Source: Candidatus Latescibacterota bacterium (GTDB lineage: Bacteria; Latescibacterota; UBA2968; UBA8231). Taken from it: DNA of 64,000 bases. The notes beneath the pieces were generated by a model that did not search any database, was not told the origin of the DNA, and saw only the letters and a list, made by a program, of their open reading frames with translations. Positions 9,239-17,335 of the stretch are shown here, in pieces (within the stretch, counting starts at the first letter, position 1; every line of letters starts with the position of its first letter). Both the position numbers and the translations under genes were made by a program. Location: the NCBI GenBank assembly GCA_965205655.1, contig CBDBIJ010000110.1, forward strand, positions 35,784-99,783. Reading direction: 5' to 3'.

Positions 9239-9290
9239 CATGACCGGGATCACAGTGACCGGGAATCTTTTTTTGATGATCTGGATCACA
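9239..9290 (-). promoter_or_regulatory. two CRP/FNR-family-like sites (TGTGATCCnGnTCAT) 36 bp apart
   Basis: Minus strand AAATGTGATCCAGATCATC (9275-9290) and CACTGTGATCCCGGTCATG (9239-9254). The left half matches the CRP consensus AAATGTGA, with N6 spacing to TCAT. Confidence 0.4.
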
Positions 9291-9314
9291 TTTAGATATA
9301 GTCGAGGCCATGGT

Positions 9315-10841
9315 CCCCCTTAGCAGCCTGTGGTGAAAGTCGGTGATTTTCTTGCGGCGCGGATGAGGAGCCTCTCCTTACCTTTGAGCATCAACCTTGC
9401 AGGGGAGATGCTGTCATGGCGTTGGGAAAACGGAAGCGCGCGAGCCAAGCTCAGCTGTGGGTGGCGACGCAGCACCTGAGGGCTCCGGGACATCCTTTTT
9501 ACAAGAGATTGAATGAGGTGCTGGACAAGCACGGATTCGACGAGTTTGTGGAAGAGCGGTGCACGACGTTTTACGCCGAGGGCGCCGGTCGGCCCGGCAT
9601 CCCGCCCGGGGTCTATTTCCGCCTGCTCATGATCGGCTATTTCGAGGGCATCGACTCGGAGCGTGAGATCGCCTGGCGCGTCGCCGATTCGCTGTCGTTG
9701 CGGGCATTCCTCGGCTACGAGCTCGACAAGGCTACGCCCGATCATTCGACGGTGTCTCGCACGCGCCGGCTGATCGACTTCCAGACGCATCATGAGGTCT
9801 TCGAGGGGGTGTTGAAGGTGCTGGCCACATCGAACCTGCTGAAGGGGAAGACGCTGGGCGTCGACGCCACGACGCTGGATGCCAACGCCGCCATGCGCAG
9901 CATCGTGCGCCGGGACACGGGCGAAAGTTACGAGGAGTTTCTCACGAAGTTGGCCAAGGCCTCGGGCATCGAGACGCCAACGCGAGAGGATCTGGCCAGA
10001 ATCGACAAGAAGCGCCCGAAGAAAGCGTCCAATAAGGACTGGGAACACCCGCACGATCCGGATGCCCGCATTACCAAGACGAAGGATCGTCGCACCCATC
10101 TGGCGCACAAGGTGGAGACGGCGGTGGACATGGACACCCAGGCGATCGTCGCCGTGAGTCTGCCGAGTGCCGATGAAGGCGACACCGAATCGCTGCCGTG
10201 GATGCTGGTGCGAACCGAATTGAACGTGGAGGCCGTGTCGCAGGATCCCGAGGCCAGGAAGCATCTGCATCCCAAACCGTTGTCGGAAGTCGTCACCGAC
10301 AAGGGGTATCACAGCAACGAGGTGCTGGTCGATCTCAAAGCCAGTGCCATTCGCAGCTACATTTCCGAACCGGATCGCGGGCGTCGAGATTGGAAGGACA
10401 AAGCGGAAGCACAACAGGCGGTGTATGCCAATCGCCGACGCATTCGCGGCAACCGCGGGCAGGCGCTGCGGCGTAAGCGCGGCGAGCTGCTCGAACGCCC
10501 GTATGCTCATCTGTTCGAAACCGGCGGTATGCGACGGCTGTTTCTTCGGGGCCGACAAAACATCCTCAAACGCCTCGTCATTCACGTGTGCGGCTGCAAT
10601 TTCGGCCTCCTCATGCGCACCCTCTTCGGTGCGGGCACTCCGAGGGGTATGAGGGAGGCGTTTTCCCTCATTTCGTCTCTCATCACTCAGGTTTTCGCGC
10701 CTTGGCGCGCTTTGTCGCCGCCCGTGGTTCAACTCTCGGGCACTGCTCGATTTTCGTCGCCATTGGCGGCAACTCGCACCACGAATCTCAGGCCACCCCA
10801 AATCTTCCCAAACGGGGCTTTAGCCACGGGCTGCTAGGGGC
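9315..10841 (+). mobile_element. IS5/IS1182-superfamily insertion sequence with imperfect terminal inverted repeats
   Basis: IRL CCCCTTAGCAGCCTGTGGTGAAAG (from ~9316) versus reverse complement of IRR CCCCTAGCAGCCCGTGGCTAAAG (ending ~10841). A single transposase ORF ends inside IRR. Confidence 0.75.
9416..10837 (+). CDS. IS5/IS1182-family transposase (DUF772 N-terminus + DDE)
   Basis: 473 aa. 'GRPGIPPGVYFRLLMIGYFEGIDSEREI...PDHSTVSRTRRL', 'GVDATTLDANA', 'VVTDKGYHS', 'ERPYAHL'. Confidence 0.9.
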   Translation: MALGKRKRASQAQLWVATQHLRAPGHPFYKRLNEVLDKHGFDEFVEERCTTFYAEGAGRPGIPPGVYFRLLMIGYFEGIDSEREIAWRVADSLSLRAFLGYELDKATPDHSTVSRTRRLIDFQTHHEVFEGVLKVLATSNLLKGKTLGVDATTLDANAAMRSIVRRDTGESYEEFLTKLAKASGIETPTREDLARIDKKRPKKASNKDWEHPHDPDARITKTKDRRTHLAHKVETAVDMDTQAIVAVSLPSADEGDTESLPWMLVRTELNVEAVSQDPEARKHLHPKPLSEVVTDKGYHSNEVLVDLKASAIRSYISEPDRGRRDWKDKAEAQQAVYANRRRIRGNRGQALRRKRGELLERPYAHLFETGGMRRLFLRGRQNILKRLVIHVCGCNFGLLMRTLFGAGTPRGMREAFSLISSLITQVFAPWRALSPPVVQLSGTARFSSPLAATRTTNLRPPQIFPNGALATGC

Positions 10842-10851
10842 TGCGCAGAAA

Positions 10852-11808
10852 TTAGTTGGCATTTAGACAGGTCGGATGAGGCGGTTGAATGGTGTAGTTC
10901 CATTGCGGCAAGATCGCGTCGTGTTGAATCTCGATCTGGCGGTAGAGTTCCGTGCTGATCTTTTTGCCGGTGTCGTAGCGTTTGCGGTTGAGGGTGGCAT
11001 CGACCGTCAGGCCGGTCTTTGTGGTGGTGGTGCGCAAGTAGTTGAGGATGAGCGCATAGGACTCCAGCGGCACCCCGGCCCAGTTGAGGCTGATGAAACT
11101 GAAGAGGCGGTGGTCGATGGGATTCCACTTGGAGGCTCCCGGCGGATAGTGACAGACCGTGACCGGCAGAGAGTAGCTGTGCACCAGCCGCTGGGACAGA
11201 CAGTATTTCCACAGGTGCGATTGCGCGCTGTTACTGCCGCCGGTATCGCAGAGGATGAGCAACTCGCGCATATCGGGGTGATGATACCAGCCGTAGGTGG
11301 TTAGCCAGGTTTCGATGGCGTCGACGGCGAATTCGGCGGTGTCGTGAGAGGTGCCGACGACGACCGTACCGGCGTTCCTCTGCGGGTCGTAGATGCCGTA
11401 GGGCAGGGCCACGCCAAAAGACTGAGAGCGAAAGTCGTGGGTGAGCACCTCCCGCCCCATCCAGCACCAGGTTTGCCCGGGGTTGAGGAACAGACCCACC
11501 AGCTCGCGTTTCTTGCTGTCGACGCTGATGACGGGCTGGCCCCGGTCCTCAAAGCTTGCCTTGATGGCACTGAGATGACGAAACTGCTGGTCGCGCTGCG
11601 GATGACGGGTCTCCCCGATGCTCTTGCGGTTGCGCTGCAGCGAAAAATTGAGTCGCTTGAGGCAGGCGGCCACGGTGTTCGGGCTGGCGGCGACCCCTTC
11701 GGCGGCCAGCGTCTTGCTCACGGAGCGCGTGCTCTTCCTCGACCACTTCAACCCGGTCATGGGATCACCGGCCGTGTCGTCGACCAGCAGCGCCTCGATT
11801 CGGCTCAT
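10852..11808 (-). CDS. ISAzo13-family transposase, catalytic C-terminal part
   Basis: 'GDPMTGLKWSRKSTRS', 'HPQRDQQFRHL', 'PVISVDSKKRELVG', 'ILCDTGGSNS', 'VCHYPPGASKWNPIDHRLFSFIS' match the ISAzo13 (Rhodopirellula-type DDE) family. Confidence 0.85.
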   Translation of the reverse strand: MSRIEALLVDDTAGDPMTGLKWSRKSTRSVSKTLAAEGVAASPNTVAACLKRLNFSLQRNRKSIGETRHPQRDQQFRHLSAIKASFEDRGQPVISVDSKKRELVGLFLNPGQTWCWMGREVLTHDFRSQSFGVALPYGIYDPQRNAGTVVVGTSHDTAEFAVDAIETWLTTYGWYHHPDMRELLILCDTGGSNSAQSHLWKYCLSQRLVHSYSLPVTVCHYPPGASKWNPIDHRLFSFISLNWAGVPLESYALILNYLRTTTTKTGLTVDATLNRKRYDTGKKISTELYRQIEIQHDAILPQWNYTIQPPHPTCLNAN

Positions 11809-12547
11809 GAGTTTTTTTTAATGCCGGTCGCCCGGCTCCCACAGCGCGGACGCGATCTATGGAAACGCCACCGCTGTGCAATTCCTGCCGTCCCCGAGCC
11901 ACGGTCTTGACGTTGAGCCCGGTCCAACCCGCGACGATGGTGTCGCCGCCGCGACCCAGACGCAGCGACTCGAACCCGGCATACAGACGCCGCTGCTTTT
12001 CGTTGAGGGTCGCCAGAAAGGCCTGCAGGTGGGGACGCAGGTCGGCCTCCAGACCGAGGCCCATGAAGGAGACCGCTTCGGCCTGCACCTGCTGCTGGCG
12101 GTGCGCCAGTTGCGCGGAGCCGTCGTGCACCGAGACGTACAGGTACTCGCCGCCGATCTGGTGGCGCAGCACCCGTCCGCGACGATACAGGCTCAACAGC
12201 GCGGCGTGCACCCGCACCCCGAGCACATCCTCCAGCTCGGCGGACACCCAACCGCCAGCCGCCGCGTCCACCAACTGCGCCATCGTCTCCACCAGCGTAC
12301 CATGACGCGAAAACCGGATGCCCGTAGAGGACCACAATCCATGGCCATCCCAGCGTGCGATACGCTCCAGGGTGTAATACCTGCCCGCATGAGAATAACT
12401 GCTGTGATAATCCAGCTGGCGCAGCTTGCGCAGCGCCGTCATCTTCACCGGCGTACCCAGGGCTGCCTTCACCTGTGCCAGGTCGAGCACCTTGCGCGCG
12501 TCGAAGGCCCGCACCAGCTCCTTGGTGGCGTATCGAATCGGTCGCAT
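11765..12547 (-). CDS. ISAzo13-family transposase, N-terminal part (frame change at A8 tract 11812-11819)
   Basis: The C-terminus '..LNEKQRRLYAGFESLRLGRGGDTIVAGWTGLNVKTVARGRQEL...VGAGRPALKK' matches the family N-terminal HTH region up to the conserved GGGRKK position. The downstream part continues in another frame. Confidence 0.7.
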   Translation of the reverse strand: MRPIRYATKELVRAFDARKVLDLAQVKAALGTPVKMTALRKLRQLDYHSSYSHAGRYYTLERIARWDGHGLWSSTGIRFSRHGTLVETMAQLVDAAAGGWVSAELEDVLGVRVHAALLSLYRRGRVLRHQIGGEYLYVSVHDGSAQLAHRQQQVQAEAVSFMGLGLEADLRPHLQAFLATLNEKQRRLYAGFESLRLGRGGDTIVAGWTGLNVKTVARGRQELHSGGVSIDRVRAVGAGRPALKKTHEPNRGAAGRRHGR

Positions 12548-12752
12548 ATGTTACCTTTGGGCCTGGTAGGAGCGGTGTATATACACAATAGTAACATAAC
12601 GACCAGCCAGGGGCAATGGGACCCCGTGAGAATGAATACCGCCGATACAACCAACCCATGATTATGTGCTTTCTGATCTCAACAATATCCTCATAATTAA
12701 TGGACAGCTACTAAGAACGCCTGCCGCGACAAACCCGTTCCTCAGCGGACGT

Positions 12753-15700
12753 TCATTCCCCAGAGAGCAGATCGAGATAGCCTTCATATCTGACGTCCAT
12801 TTCGACGACCTGGCGATAGATGACCGCCGCTTCGTGACGACGTCCCTGGAGATAACGAGTGATAGCCATGTTGAGCCGAATCCCGGCGTTACCCGGCATC
12901 AGTTCCTCGGCTCGCTCGAACACCGCGAACGCCTCGTCGTACTCTCCCCGACGGGCGAGAACGACGCCTTTCGAGTTGAAGGCGTCACCCATGGCGGGGT
13001 CCGCGGCGATGGCCCTCTCGAGCCGCTCTAGTGCCTTGTCCCATTCGTCCTGCTGCAGGTAGCGCACAGCGATCGCGTAGTTCTCGTCGGCCGATTCCGA
13101 GGCGGCCAGAAAGTCGAAGAGACCCTCGTAGGCTTCATCCTGGGCAACGACCTGTTGATACAGAACATCCGCCGTCTTCGGATCCCCCGACAGCTGGTAA
13201 CTCAGGGCCAGATTGAGTTGAAACCCCATCTGGTCCGGATCGAGCTGAGACGCCTGATCGAAGAGCTCACGTGCCTCCAGGTAACGGCCCTGGCGGCACA
13301 GAACGACGCCCTTGGCGTTGATGGCATCGGCGAACTGGGAATCGCTTTGCAGGGCGAAGTCGAACTGCTCCACTGCCTTGTCGAGTGACTGCTGCCGCAG
13401 ATAGCTGACACCCACATCGTAGTATCCCTGGGCATCGCCAACCGTGGCCATAAAGTCGAACAGCTCGGCGTATGAGTCGTCGAGGGCGACGACGCCTTCG
13501 AACATGAGATCGGCGGTCTGGCGCTCGCCCTTCAGGTAGTAGGCCAGGGCGATATTCATGCGGAATCCGTTGTTCTCTTCGAGCTCCAGTGCCTCGCGAA
13601 ACAATTCCAGCGATTGGTCGTATTGTCCCTGCTTCGTCAGGATGACGCCGATGGCGTTGATGGCGTCGGCGTAGTCCGGCTTCATACCCCGGGCGCGCTC
13701 CAGCATCTGGAGAGCTTTTTCCAGATGGTTGGCGCGCAGGTAGGCGACGCCCGCATCGTAGGCGCCGTCGGGCGTATCGAGGGAGGTGACGGCCCCGAGG
13801 GCGATCTGATCGGTCCGCTGGTCGAAGTAGGCGACGTCCCGCGACAGCAGACTGTCGACGGAATCGGGTGCCGGGAGGTCTATCGATACAGCTGGCAGCA
13901 CCGCCGGTTTGTAGGTCTGCAGCCACTGCTGCACATACACTTCATTGATCAGTTTGCGAGCCTTGAGCCGCTTGTATTCGGCCACGCCGTTGCGCCAGGC
14001 GTCGGCGAAGGTGAAACCGAACATCGTCGTTTCAACGGGAATCCACACCCTCCCTTCCCACACCACGTATTCGGCCGAGCTGACGAAATGATCCTCGGCT
14101 CGGTCGACGGGAATGCCGCTGTCGAACATGAGATAGATATGGCCCTTCCCCGGATCGTTGGCCTCGAGGAAGGCGGTATCGATGCTCAGGTTCTCGAGCA
14201 GCGAGGCGTAGAGAACGGTCAGGTCGTCGCAGTCCCCGATCTTCGTGTCGACCCCTTCCTCCTTGTAGAGCAGCTCGCTCGGATACTGGACGGTGTCGAA
14301 GATCGTCTTGTCATCGGAGACGTTGGCGAATGGGGTTTTCTGATCGGCCTGGTAACTCAGACTGTAGACGCCCATGGCGTCGAACAGGACGATGGCCTTG
14401 CCGATGTTCGAGCGGTTGAACTTGCGCGCCAGCAGGCCATCGTATCGTTGCACAAGGCCGCGCGCCATGCCGGCGATGGCCAAGTCGGCGGGGGTCACGA
14501 AAGCGGCTGCCATTCCCTCCACATTCCAGCTGAGTTTTCCCTTGCCGGCGACGTAGACCCGCTCGAGCTGCTTCTCCACGACCTGCTCCCGCCGGTTGCG
14601 GGTGTAGGCAACCTGGACGATCGGTGTCACGAAGTTGTCGAAGTAGGCCTCGGACTCGTTGAACAGGTCCTGATCGAAGGTCACCTTGAAGCTGTACTTC
14701 TCCGTGCTCTGGGGCGGCAGCACAACATTTTCGGTGTGGGGGATGCTCATCATCTTCGGCAACAGAACCCTAACGACGGCCTCGATCGGCCCGGCGGCGG
14801 AGTTGCCGATGACGACATCCAGAAAATCGGTCTCCTCGTAGTGCCGGTACAACGAGCGGAACACCGGGTTCGGCCGAATCGTCGCATCCTTGATTGTGAC
14901 GACTCGCGGATTGTAGGAAAGCGAAAGAGCCGTGTAGTGAGTGGCGTCGAGAATCGGGTGACGCTCGAAGGCGTAGTCGAGCTGGAGAAAGCGATACTTC
15001 ACCCCCAGTCCGAAGCCGGCTGTGGTGGCATCGCCTCGACTCTCCGGTGTGTCGAGCTCAGTCTTGAGTCCAGCCCTCAGAGCAAGCTGGCCGGCGATCC
15101 AGTACTCGGCTCCCAACCGGGCGTGATCGTCGATGTCGGCGGCGACGGTGAGGCCTTCGATCGGCTTGTGAGCCAGACCTATGCGGTACCGGGCTTCGAA
15201 CATCTCCTCGCTCAACCCTCCCTCGTGCTCCACCGAGGTGCCACCGAGGTCTTGGACTGACAGACCGAGCCTGACGCCGTACGGCAGCGGCACGAGCAGA
15301 CCGACATCGAAGCCCGTGCCGGAGGCGTTCATGACCGACGTCCCGTCGAGATCCGCATCCTGGCTGATGTATTTAGCCGTGGCACCGATAGAGGCGTTGC
15401 CGACGTACGGCTTCAGTCGCTGAATGCTGTTCCGGTAGCCGTAGGCGATGCCGAACTTGCTGTGCCCCGACTTGAGTCCGAGACCGCGGCTGACATCGTC
15501 GAAACCGCGGTAAAACCAGTCGATACCGAGGGCGTGGTTGTCTGATACCGGCAGGACGTAGCTCAGATACGACTCGTTGAGTCCCAGGCCGAAACGATCG
15601 GCATAGGACAGGTCGAGCTCCTGACGCTGCAGCGAAGCGATGGCGGCGGGGTTCAGGTTGACGGCGGTAGCGTCGGAGCCCACGGCGACGAAGGCCCCGC

Positions 15701-15857
15701 CCATGCCGATGGCTCTGACCCCCAGATCGGGCTGCTTGGAGGTGGCGGCGGAGACGGGCAGCGAGAGCAGCAGCACGGTCACCGCTGCCGCACTCACGGC
15801 GCGACAGCGCGGTGCTGGATTCGGAATCCCCTTCTCAGTCTTGAGGTATCGAGGCAC
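12753..15857 (-). CDS. fusion protein: PorV/FadL-like outer-membrane beta-barrel + transglutaminase-like Cys-His core + three TPR super-repeats
   Basis: 1034 aa. Signal peptide. 'LGVRAIGMGGAFVAVGSDATAVNLNPAAIA...HYTALSLSYN' barrel. 'GDCDDLTVLYASLLENLSID..GHIYLMF..GRVWIPVETT'. C-terminal ~345 aa of TPR. Confidence 0.8.
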   Translation of the reverse strand: MPRYLKTEKGIPNPAPRCRAVSAAAVTVLLLSLPVSAATSKQPDLGVRAIGMGGAFVAVGSDATAVNLNPAAIASLQRQELDLSYADRFGLGLNESYLSYVLPVSDNHALGIDWFYRGFDDVSRGLGLKSGHSKFGIAYGYRNSIQRLKPYVGNASIGATAKYISQDADLDGTSVMNASGTGFDVGLLVPLPYGVRLGLSVQDLGGTSVEHEGGLSEEMFEARYRIGLAHKPIEGLTVAADIDDHARLGAEYWIAGQLALRAGLKTELDTPESRGDATTAGFGLGVKYRFLQLDYAFERHPILDATHYTALSLSYNPRVVTIKDATIRPNPVFRSLYRHYEETDFLDVVIGNSAAGPIEAVVRVLLPKMMSIPHTENVVLPPQSTEKYSFKVTFDQDLFNESEAYFDNFVTPIVQVAYTRNRREQVVEKQLERVYVAGKGKLSWNVEGMAAAFVTPADLAIAGMARGLVQRYDGLLARKFNRSNIGKAIVLFDAMGVYSLSYQADQKTPFANVSDDKTIFDTVQYPSELLYKEEGVDTKIGDCDDLTVLYASLLENLSIDTAFLEANDPGKGHIYLMFDSGIPVDRAEDHFVSSAEYVVWEGRVWIPVETTMFGFTFADAWRNGVAEYKRLKARKLINEVYVQQWLQTYKPAVLPAVSIDLPAPDSVDSLLSRDVAYFDQRTDQIALGAVTSLDTPDGAYDAGVAYLRANHLEKALQMLERARGMKPDYADAINAIGVILTKQGQYDQSLELFREALELEENNGFRMNIALAYYLKGERQTADLMFEGVVALDDSYAELFDFMATVGDAQGYYDVGVSYLRQQSLDKAVEQFDFALQSDSQFADAINAKGVVLCRQGRYLEARELFDQASQLDPDQMGFQLNLALSYQLSGDPKTADVLYQQVVAQDEAYEGLFDFLAASESADENYAIAVRYLQQDEWDKALERLERAIAADPAMGDAFNSKGVVLARRGEYDEAFAVFERAEELMPGNAGIRLNMAITRYLQGRRHEAAVIYRQVVEMDVRYEGYLDLLSGE

Positions 15858-15868
15858 CTTCAGCGTCC

Positions 15869-17335
15869 CTATGGCTCTTTAATCGTTATCTGCTCGCCGC
15901 CTGAAACCGGTCCCTGTATGGGCGCCGTCTCATTGCCCGGGTAAATGACCTGAACATTGTATGGTCCGGCAGGAGCTCCGAAGATCACCTCGGCCGGGCC
16001 GCTCCCGGGCAAGACCTGTCGGTAGGCCACCAGCACAAGTGAATCCGGTTCGTTCGCGTCGAACAGGCGCACCTGGGCACCGAGACCGAAGAAGTTGTTG
16101 CCTCCCGTCTCGGGACCCTTGCCGCGAACGAGGACCTTGATGAACAGTGAGTCGGGCGTCTCGTTGTGGAGGAGACTGTTGCCAAATCCAAAACCGTTTG
16201 TTCTGTAAATGTCCGGGGCGCCGTCGCCGTCGAAATCGCCCCATCCTGCAGCAAGGTGAGGGGTGAAGACGGCGGCGATTCCCGCCTCCGCTGTGGCGTC
16301 TCGGAAGGTGCCATCGCCGTTGTTGGCCATGAGGGCGTCCGGCTGCTGTTGCCTGTCGGCTCCGGTGGCAAGGTAGAGGTCGAGATTTCCGTCCCCATCG
16401 TAGTCCGACCACGCTGCCATCGACGTCAACCAGCCGGAGCCCACCTCGCGCACATTCGCGGCTTCGCCCACATCGACGAATGTCTCGTCCCCGTCGTTGC
16501 GATACAGGCTGTTGGCGCCGACGTTCGCCACGAAGGCGTCCATGTCGCCGTCGTTGTCGTAGTCCCCCCAGGCGGCGCTCTGGCCGATTTCCTTGTTGGC
16601 GACGGACAGGGCGCAAGCGATCTCGGAGAACAAACCGCTGTCGCTCAGATCGTTGCGGTAGAGGCCGTTCTCCTGCTCTCTGTTGACGACGTAGAGGTCG
16701 AGATCACCGTCGTTGTCGTAGTCGACCCAGTTGAAGCCGTTCGTATCCCGGCGGTCTCCGACGCCCACATCGAGCACCTGAGCAAAGGTGCCGTCCGCAT
16801 TGTTGCTATAGAGCTCATTGTCGTGGTAGTACTTCCCTACATAGATGTCGAGATCGCCGTCATTGTCGTAGTCGCCCCAGCCGGACGATGTCTCATTGCC
16901 GCGCTTGTCCAGGTTGATGGAGGCAAGGCTGCGGCCGACCTCGGTGAAATCAGCGGCCTCGTTCTCGTAGAGAAAATCCTGAACTGAGAAGTCGGTGACG
17001 TAGAGGTCGAGGTCGCCGTCGTTGTCGTAGTCGCCCCAGGCGGCCGACGTGCTGTTGCCGTCCTCGATGTCGATACCGAGTGCGACCGCCGTATCGGTGA
17101 ATGTGCTGTCGCCGTTGTTTCTGTAGAGCTTGTTCGGGGGGATGATCGTTGCGGTGCCCCAATTGGTGACGTAGAGATCGAGGTTTCCGTCGCCGTCGTA
17201 ATCACCCCAGGCGAAGTTCGTGCTGAACAGGCCCGGGTTGTCCACCCCGGCTGCAACCGATATGTCGGTGAGCGTCTGCGCTTGGAGGCCGGCGGCCATG
17301 AGGCCGCAGAGAGCTACCGCTGCGAATCGCCTCAT
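15869..17335 (-). CDS. CRTAC1-like FG-GAP/VCBS repeat protein with ASPIC/UnbV C-terminal domain
   Basis: Start taken at 'MRRFAAVALCGLMAAGLQAQ' (signal peptide). At least 6 'WGDYDNDGDLDLYV' repeats. The ATG overlaps the TGA of the upstream giant gene (ATGA 17332-17335). The 17440 start in the ORF track is an Arg-rich artefact. Confidence 0.85.
   Translation of the reverse strand: MRRFAAVALCGLMAAGLQAQTLTDISVAAGVDNPGLFSTNFAWGDYDGDGNLDLYVTNWGTATIIPPNKLYRNNGDSTFTDTAVALGIDIEDGNSTSAAWGDYDNDGDLDLYVTDFSVQDFLYENEAADFTEVGRSLASINLDKRGNETSSGWGDYDNDGDLDIYVGKYYHDNELYSNNADGTFAQVLDVGVGDRRDTNGFNWVDYDNDGDLDLYVVNREQENGLYRNDLSDSGLFSEIACALSVANKEIGQSAAWGDYDNDGDMDAFVANVGANSLYRNDGDETFVDVGEAANVREVGSGWLTSMAAWSDYDGDGNLDLYLATGADRQQQPDALMANNGDGTFRDATAEAGIAAVFTPHLAAGWGDFDGDGAPDIYRTNGFGFGNSLLHNETPDSLFIKVLVRGKGPETGGNNFFGLGAQVRLFDANEPDSLVLVAYRQVLPGSGPAEVIFGAPAGPYNVQVIYPGNETAPIQGPVSGGEQITIKEP

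Larger units (their letters stand above)
10846..12660 (-). mobile_element. ISAzo13-like element (ends not resolved), directly abutting the IS5-like IRR
   Basis: Contains the split ISAzo13-type transposase. I could not identify convincing terminal repeats. Confidence 0.45.

Noticed and set aside
9320-10801. Long antisense or alternative-frame ORFs mirrored on strongly supported genes. Examples: 9320-10801(-), 2825-3934(+), 13614-15260(+), 21268-22473(+), 30300-31463(+), 52459-53697(-), 53977-55155(+), 60176-61339(+), 62367-63317(-).
   Set aside because: Their translations are Arg/Gly/Pro/Val/His-rich and low in complexity, with no recognisable motifs. Each overlaps a gene with clear family signatures. 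Such shadow ORFs are expected in GC-rich DNA.
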